Assembly (NCBI GenBank): GCA_963817525.1
Contig: CAWFOU010000007.1
Span: 256,001 to 320,000, forward strand
Direction: 5' to 3'
Length of the DNA stretch: 64,000 bases
Source of the DNA: an uncultured archaeon
GTDB taxonomy: Archaea; Thermoproteota; Nitrososphaeria; Nitrososphaerales; Gagatemarchaeaceae
Position numbers and translations under genes: made by a program. The notes under the pieces were generated by a model. The model saw only the letters and a list, made by a program, of their open reading frames with translations, searched no databases and was not told the origin of the DNA. Below, one piece after another: positions 60,063-64,000 of this stretch. Position 1 is the first letter of the stretch. Every line of letters starts with the position of its first letter.

Positions 60063-60758
60063 TTGGGGCTCCTGAGCAGGCCGTCGATACCCGCCGTCGT
60101 GGCCTCGATAATCACGCACAACCCGCCGGTATACGAATGCCTCAAGGCGAAGCTGATCAACTACCACGCGCTCGCTGCTAACATAAAGTCAGAGGTGGAG
60201 AAGAGGGCGGGCAAGCCCACGACCGTGAACACGATAGTGGTCGCAATCATGAGGTTCTCCGACTCGATCGAGGACGCGGAGGGGGATCACGAGGCGCCTC
60301 TCAGCATATTGAAGGCCGCCCGCATAACGCTCGCCAGCGACGTCGTGGATGTGACCGTCAGGACGAAAAAATCGGAGCTCCTCGCGATGGTCAAGCAGAT
60401 TGCCGATCTATCGGCGGCTCTGAACGAGCCGGTCCATCTATTCCAGCTCTCGAACTCGATAAAGCTCATCGCAGACGAAGCCGAGTACCAGGCTATGATT
60501 CGAGGCTCTCTTGGGAAGGGTCACATTGCGAAGGAGACGACCAAGCTCTCCAGGCTGGACATCCACCTCTCTCCTGAGGTCGAAATCACTCCGGAGTTCG
60601 GGCTCTTTCTCACGGAATTGCTGTACCGTCACGGGATCAGCATACACCAGACCTACATCGGAGAAGAGACGATTTTGATCCTGGATAGGGACGAAGGTCC
60701 GAGGGCCTACGAGATCTTGCGGGAAGAGATCGACATGAGCAGGACCGCCGCCGAGTGA
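60063..60758 (+). CDS. Archaeal HTH plus ACT-like domain protein
   Basis: LINYHALAANIK...TIVVAIMR N-terminus; C-terminal ACT-like segment (TPEFG...GISIHQT...EETILIL). Confidence 0.7.
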   Translation: MGLLSRPSIPAVVASIITHNPPVYECLKAKLINYHALAANIKSEVEKRAGKPTTVNTIVVAIMRFSDSIEDAEGDHEAPLSILKAARITLASDVVDVTVRTKKSELLAMVKQIADLSAALNEPVHLFQLSNSIKLIADEAEYQAMIRGSLGKGHIAKETTKLSRLDIHLSPEVEITPEFGLFLTELLYRHGISIHQTYIGEETILILDRDEGPRAYEILREEIDMSRTAAE

Positions 60759-60982
60759 GGATAGCCGCTACTAGGAAGGCGCCGATCGCCGAGGCATCGG
60801 ATGCCTTGGTTGACCAGGTCGATGTTAGATACCGGTCAGACGACAAAAAAAACTCCCGCTAAATGGAAGACCGTAACGACCCCAGAGCTCCCATCTGGAT
60901 TCGTGGGTAGAGGTCTCCAGGTGGCTCGACCGTTTCGCCCGAGCGGCAGCCCTTTGCTGCAGCCCGAGCCGAAAGTCGGCGC

Positions 60983-61501
60983 CTAAGCCCAGATGGGCTT
61001 GAAGGCGATCAGAGTCTCGCTCGACTTTACGCCCTGGAGTTCGGCGATCTTCGAGACCTGGGAGAGAACTTCGTCCTGGTTCTTTCCGTAGATGCTCGCG
61101 ATGATGTCGAATTCACCTGAGACGGCGAACGCGTTGCGGACGTTCTGGTGCTGCTGTAGCGATGCAAGGACCTTCTGCGAAGGCTCGTTGACTTGCACCA
61201 GCACTAGCGCTAGGGAGTCAGTCGCCTGGACTGCGCGGGGGTTCGAGATGGACATGGTCGGTGTGTATGTCCTTGTGGAGGTGACCCCGTTCAGGGATCG
61301 GATCTTGTTCACAAGCTCGTAGACCTTCTGCTGCTCGGTCGCCTTCAGCTCGATCGCAAGGTCGAACCTGCCGACTACTGGCGAGAAGTATGTGATCCCG
61401 CTTATCTTCTTCAGTTGCTCAGTCACTTCGTTCAGCATTCGTGGCTGGACCGACGCGAAAATGGTCGTCGGGTATGTTTGAGTCGTCAGTTGGGTAGTCA
61501 T
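60983..61501 (-). CDS. Tandem Lrp/AsnC ligand-binding (RAM) domain protein without HTH
   Basis: VVGRFDL...IRSLNGVTSTRT and VSGEFDI...IAELQGVKSSETL repeats. Confidence 0.8.
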   Translation of the reverse strand: MTTQLTTQTYPTTIFASVQPRMLNEVTEQLKKISGITYFSPVVGRFDLAIELKATEQQKVYELVNKIRSLNGVTSTRTYTPTMSISNPRAVQATDSLALVLVQVNEPSQKVLASLQQHQNVRNAFAVSGEFDIIASIYGKNQDEVLSQVSKIAELQGVKSSETLIAFKPIWA

Positions 61502-61657
61502 TCTATTTCATAAATGAGACATCTGTAACACTATATAGGTTTTCATAACTAGACTTCAGTATATGCTCTTTCTTAGTGTCATTTGCTTATACACAGTATA
61601 CACTTATTAAGGGCGGTTCCGACGCTCGCTTTACTGGATGAAATAACGGTAGGATGA

Positions 61658-61969
61658 GTGAATAGGATGAGTTTCGGAAATCGAGGCGGAGGATTCGGCG
61701 GTAGCCGAGGAGGAAGCAGCGGAGGTTTTGGTTCCCTCAAGAAGCCAGTCGAGGTCGGTAAGGAGTACAATGTTACTATCTCTGACACGAGCAGGCGAGG
61801 AGAGGGGATTGCCAAGATCGACGGCTTCGTGATCTTTGTACCCGGCACTAAGATGGGTCAAAGCACGAGGATCAAGGTGACGCAAGTCTCAGAGCGGTTT
61901 GCCAACGGGCAAGTCGTCGAGGGTTCTTCACCGGCAGCCTCTCAGTCAACGGACAACACGACGCAGTAG
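61658..61969 (+). CDS. Single TRAM domain RNA chaperone
   Basis: KPVEVGKEYNVTISDTSRRGEGIAKIDGFVIFVPG; Gly/Arg-rich N-terminus. Confidence 0.92.
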   Translation: MNRMSFGNRGGGFGGSRGGSSGGFGSLKKPVEVGKEYNVTISDTSRRGEGIAKIDGFVIFVPGTKMGQSTRIKVTQVSERFANGQVVEGSSPAASQSTDNTTQ

Positions 61970-61972
61970 GCC

Positions 61973-62047
61973 CGTAGGCCGCGAGGCCTGCGCGTGACTA
62001 CGATGGTCGGCCCATGCGGGTCGACCATGTCTCTCCCTTTTTAATTT
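61973..62047 (+). terminator. Two hairpins plus U-tract after the TRAM gene
   Basis: CGTAGGCC-GCGA-GGCCTGCG and ATGGTCGGCCC-ATGC-GGGTCGACCAT followed by TTTTTAATTT. Confidence 0.55.
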
Positions 62048-62111
62048 CAAAGTTGCCGCCTTTTGCCCCCTCGAAAAGTCGAATAACCTGCGGCCGCACA
62101 GGGTAGAGAGA

Positions 62112-62957
62112 TTGGGCCTGCCTCTAGTGACGGTCGACGCGTTCACCGACGCCCGGTTCTCGGGCAACCCCGCGGCAGTCTGCGTCCTCCCGCCCGGGAA
62201 GGGGGAGGAGACGGAGTGGATGCAGAGGGTCGCTATGGAGATGAACCTCTCGGAGACGGCGTTTCTACGTCGACGCGGGGTCGTCCAGGGGATGCCCTCC
62301 TACGACCTGCGTTGGTTCACCCCGACCGTGGAGGTCGACCTCTGCGGACACGCCACCCTCGCGAGCGCGCACGTGCTGTGGGAGGAGGGCCACGTCCCTG
62401 GCAAGGAGAAGCTCCGCTTCCAGACGAGGAGCGGCGTCCTGACGGCTGAGAGGCGGACGAAAGGCGGGGAGGTTTGGATCCAGCTCGACTTCCCCGCGGG
62501 GCAGGAGCGGCCGTTCGAGGGCTCGACCGACGTCCTCACCGAGGCGCTGGGCGCCAAGCCCGTCCACGCGGGAGCCTACGACTCGGACTACCTGGTAGAG
62601 GTGGAGGGCGAGGACGTGTTGAAGGGGCTCTCCCCGAAGCTCGACCTCCTGAAGACGCTGCCCGTCCGAGGGGTCGCCGTCACGTCCACCCCGAGCGACT
62701 CCACGAAGGCGAAGGGCTACGACTTTGTCTCGAGGTTCTTCGCCCCTGGGGTAGGGGTGGGCGAGGACCCCGTCACGGGCTCCGCGCACTGCTACCTCGG
62801 CCCCTTCTGGGGTCGGCGCCTCGGGAAGGACGAGGTTCTGGGCTATCAGGCGTCAGCGCGGGGGGGCTTCGTGAGGGTGACCATGCGCGGCGACCGCGTC
62901 CTCCTCGGTGGGAAGGCCGTCACGGCGATGCGCGGGGAACTGGACGAGGACAGCTAG
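62112..62957 (+). CDS. PhzF family isomerase/epimerase
   Basis: VDAFT..FSGNPAAV, NLSETAF, EVDLCGHATLA and EDPVTGSAHC motifs. Confidence 0.95.
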   Translation: MGLPLVTVDAFTDARFSGNPAAVCVLPPGKGEETEWMQRVAMEMNLSETAFLRRRGVVQGMPSYDLRWFTPTVEVDLCGHATLASAHVLWEEGHVPGKEKLRFQTRSGVLTAERRTKGGEVWIQLDFPAGQERPFEGSTDVLTEALGAKPVHAGAYDSDYLVEVEGEDVLKGLSPKLDLLKTLPVRGVAVTSTPSDSTKAKGYDFVSRFFAPGVGVGEDPVTGSAHCYLGPFWGRRLGKDEVLGYQASARGGFVRVTMRGDRVLLGGKAVTAMRGELDEDS

Positions 62958-62995
62958 GTTATTATCCGAGCGAGCATTTCCAGAGATGCGAGACC

Positions 62996-63130
62996 ATGCC
63001 GACTTGCCCCAAGTGCGGGAAGATGATTAGCGCCCAGAGGTATTCGAGGCACCTGAAGCGCTGCGGCACGACCCACAAGAACAAGAGCAAAGTCCTCGAC
63101 CACCCTGACAACTTCTTTATGAAGATCTGA
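62996..63130 (+). CDS. C2HC zinc-finger microprotein (44 aa)
   Basis: MPTCPKCGKMISAQRYSRHLKRCG. Confidence 0.65.
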   Translation: MPTCPKCGKMISAQRYSRHLKRCGTTHKNKSKVLDHPDNFFMKI

Positions 63131-63164
63131 GTCCCTTGAGACCTTGGACTCGGCGTAAGCGAGC

Positions 63165-64000
63165 CTAGGCCCTGGAGGCTCGTCTCAGAAGGGCGAGGCG
63201 CGTGGTGCGGAAGACAATCCCAGCCGCGAGGATTGCCAGGCCGATGCCTATCTCCTCGGGGGCGAGCGAGAAGGCCAAGAGGAGGCACCCCACCAGGCCT
63301 GCTACGGCAAGGACACGCGGGAACATCCGCTGGTCCTTGGCGAGCCTCAACGCGGAGAGGTTCGTCACGGTGTAATACAGGAGCGTCCCGAAGCTCGAGA
63401 CGGCCACCGCCACTTCGAACGGGGCGAAGGCCGCCACCAGGATGGAGATGACGCCGACGAAGAGCACGCTCCGCCAGGGGTTCTGCCCGGCGCCCAAGCG
63501 CGCCAGCCCCGATGGAAGGTCGGACTCGCGGCCCATCGCGAACGCCACGCGAGAGACCCCGAGCAGGTCGGACAGGCCCTCGTTGAAGGTGGTGAGGAGG
63601 GCACCAGCGGCGACGACCGCGACCCCGAATCCGCTGCTGACGGCGATCATGGTCTCCTCAAGAGGCGAAGACGACAGGGAGAGGCGCGTGGCGCCCAACA
63701 CCGCGAGCACCGTGGTGGCGACGAGGAGGTAGAGGAGGGTTGCCGTGCCGAGCGCTATCACCGTCGCCCTCGGGATGGTGTGCCTCGGGTTGTGGACCTC
63801 CTCGACGAGCGTGGCGATGCGGCTGTATCCTGTGTACGCGAAGAAGAGGAGACCAGTAGCCTGCAGTATCCCCGCCACCCCTCCAGGCGCGAAGGGAGAG
63901 AGGTTCGAGGCTCGGGCGCCGGGGAGCCCGATCACGACCACCGCCAAGAGGGAGAGGACCGACAGGACCACGACGGCGTCGGTGACCCTGACCGTGCGGC
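63165..64000 (-). CDS. APC family amino acid permease, 5'-truncated by the window edge
   Basis: LLFFAYTGYSRIATLVEEVHNPRHTIPRA and SRVAFAMGR motifs. Confidence 0.88.
   Translation of the reverse strand, partial: RTVRVTDAVVVLSVLSLLAVVVIGLPGARASNLSPFAPGGVAGILQATGLLFFAYTGYSRIATLVEEVHNPRHTIPRATVIALGTATLLYLLVATTVLAVLGATRLSLSSSPLEETMIAVSSGFGVAVVAAGALLTTFNEGLSDLLGVSRVAFAMGRESDLPSGLARLGAGQNPWRSVLFVGVISILVAAFAPFEVAVAVSSFGTLLYYTVTNLSALRLAKDQRMFPRVLAVAGLVGCLLLAFSLAPEEIGIGLAILAAGIVFRTTRLALLRRASRA

Noticed and set aside
60864-60919. Twister-ribozyme-like TAAC...TCCC...GGG arrangement
   Set aside because: Lacks the conserved GUCCCAAGC-type loop and GAGGG junction
1-64000. CRISPR array, rRNA or IS elements
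   Set aside because: No regularly spaced direct repeats, rRNA-like sequence or transposase ORFs were seen

Overview
Archaeal chromosomal window. The BHB-intron tRNA, TFB, archaeal uS10, TRAM protein, PEF-CTERM-like cupredoxin and soluble histidine kinases suggest a GC-rich Nitrososphaerota (Thaumarchaeota) lineage; this placement is inference. Positions 1-30 kb are mostly GC-rich housekeeping genes: pntA1/A2/B, an M20 peptidase, bcp, beta-oxidation enzymes, tdh/kbl and rps10. They also hold a two-intron tRNA-Ser(TGA) abutted by a lower-GC free-standing LAGLIDADG endonuclease gene. Positions ~30-58 kb look visibly lower in GC (not computed) and have two paralogous GT4 genes near their ends. 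This block carries an atypical gas-vesicle operon (gvpA, Zn-protein, gvpJ, gvpK::J-like fusion, gvpF/L, gvpG, gvpH, histidine kinase). It also has a GvpD-like ATPase, a divergent TFB, two small winged-helix regulators, two histidine kinases in total, two stand-alone receivers, wbqC, glmS, an MscS-HAD-GT module and many Zn-finger microproteins. The main discovery is a 13-bp palindrome (consensus AGAACAWTGTTCT) that recurs about 8 nt upstream of the TATA-like box of at least eight promoters in this block, pointing to an undescribed activator-controlled regulon. Many genes carry single frameshifts, most likely long-read assembly errors. All calls were made by eye, without database searches.
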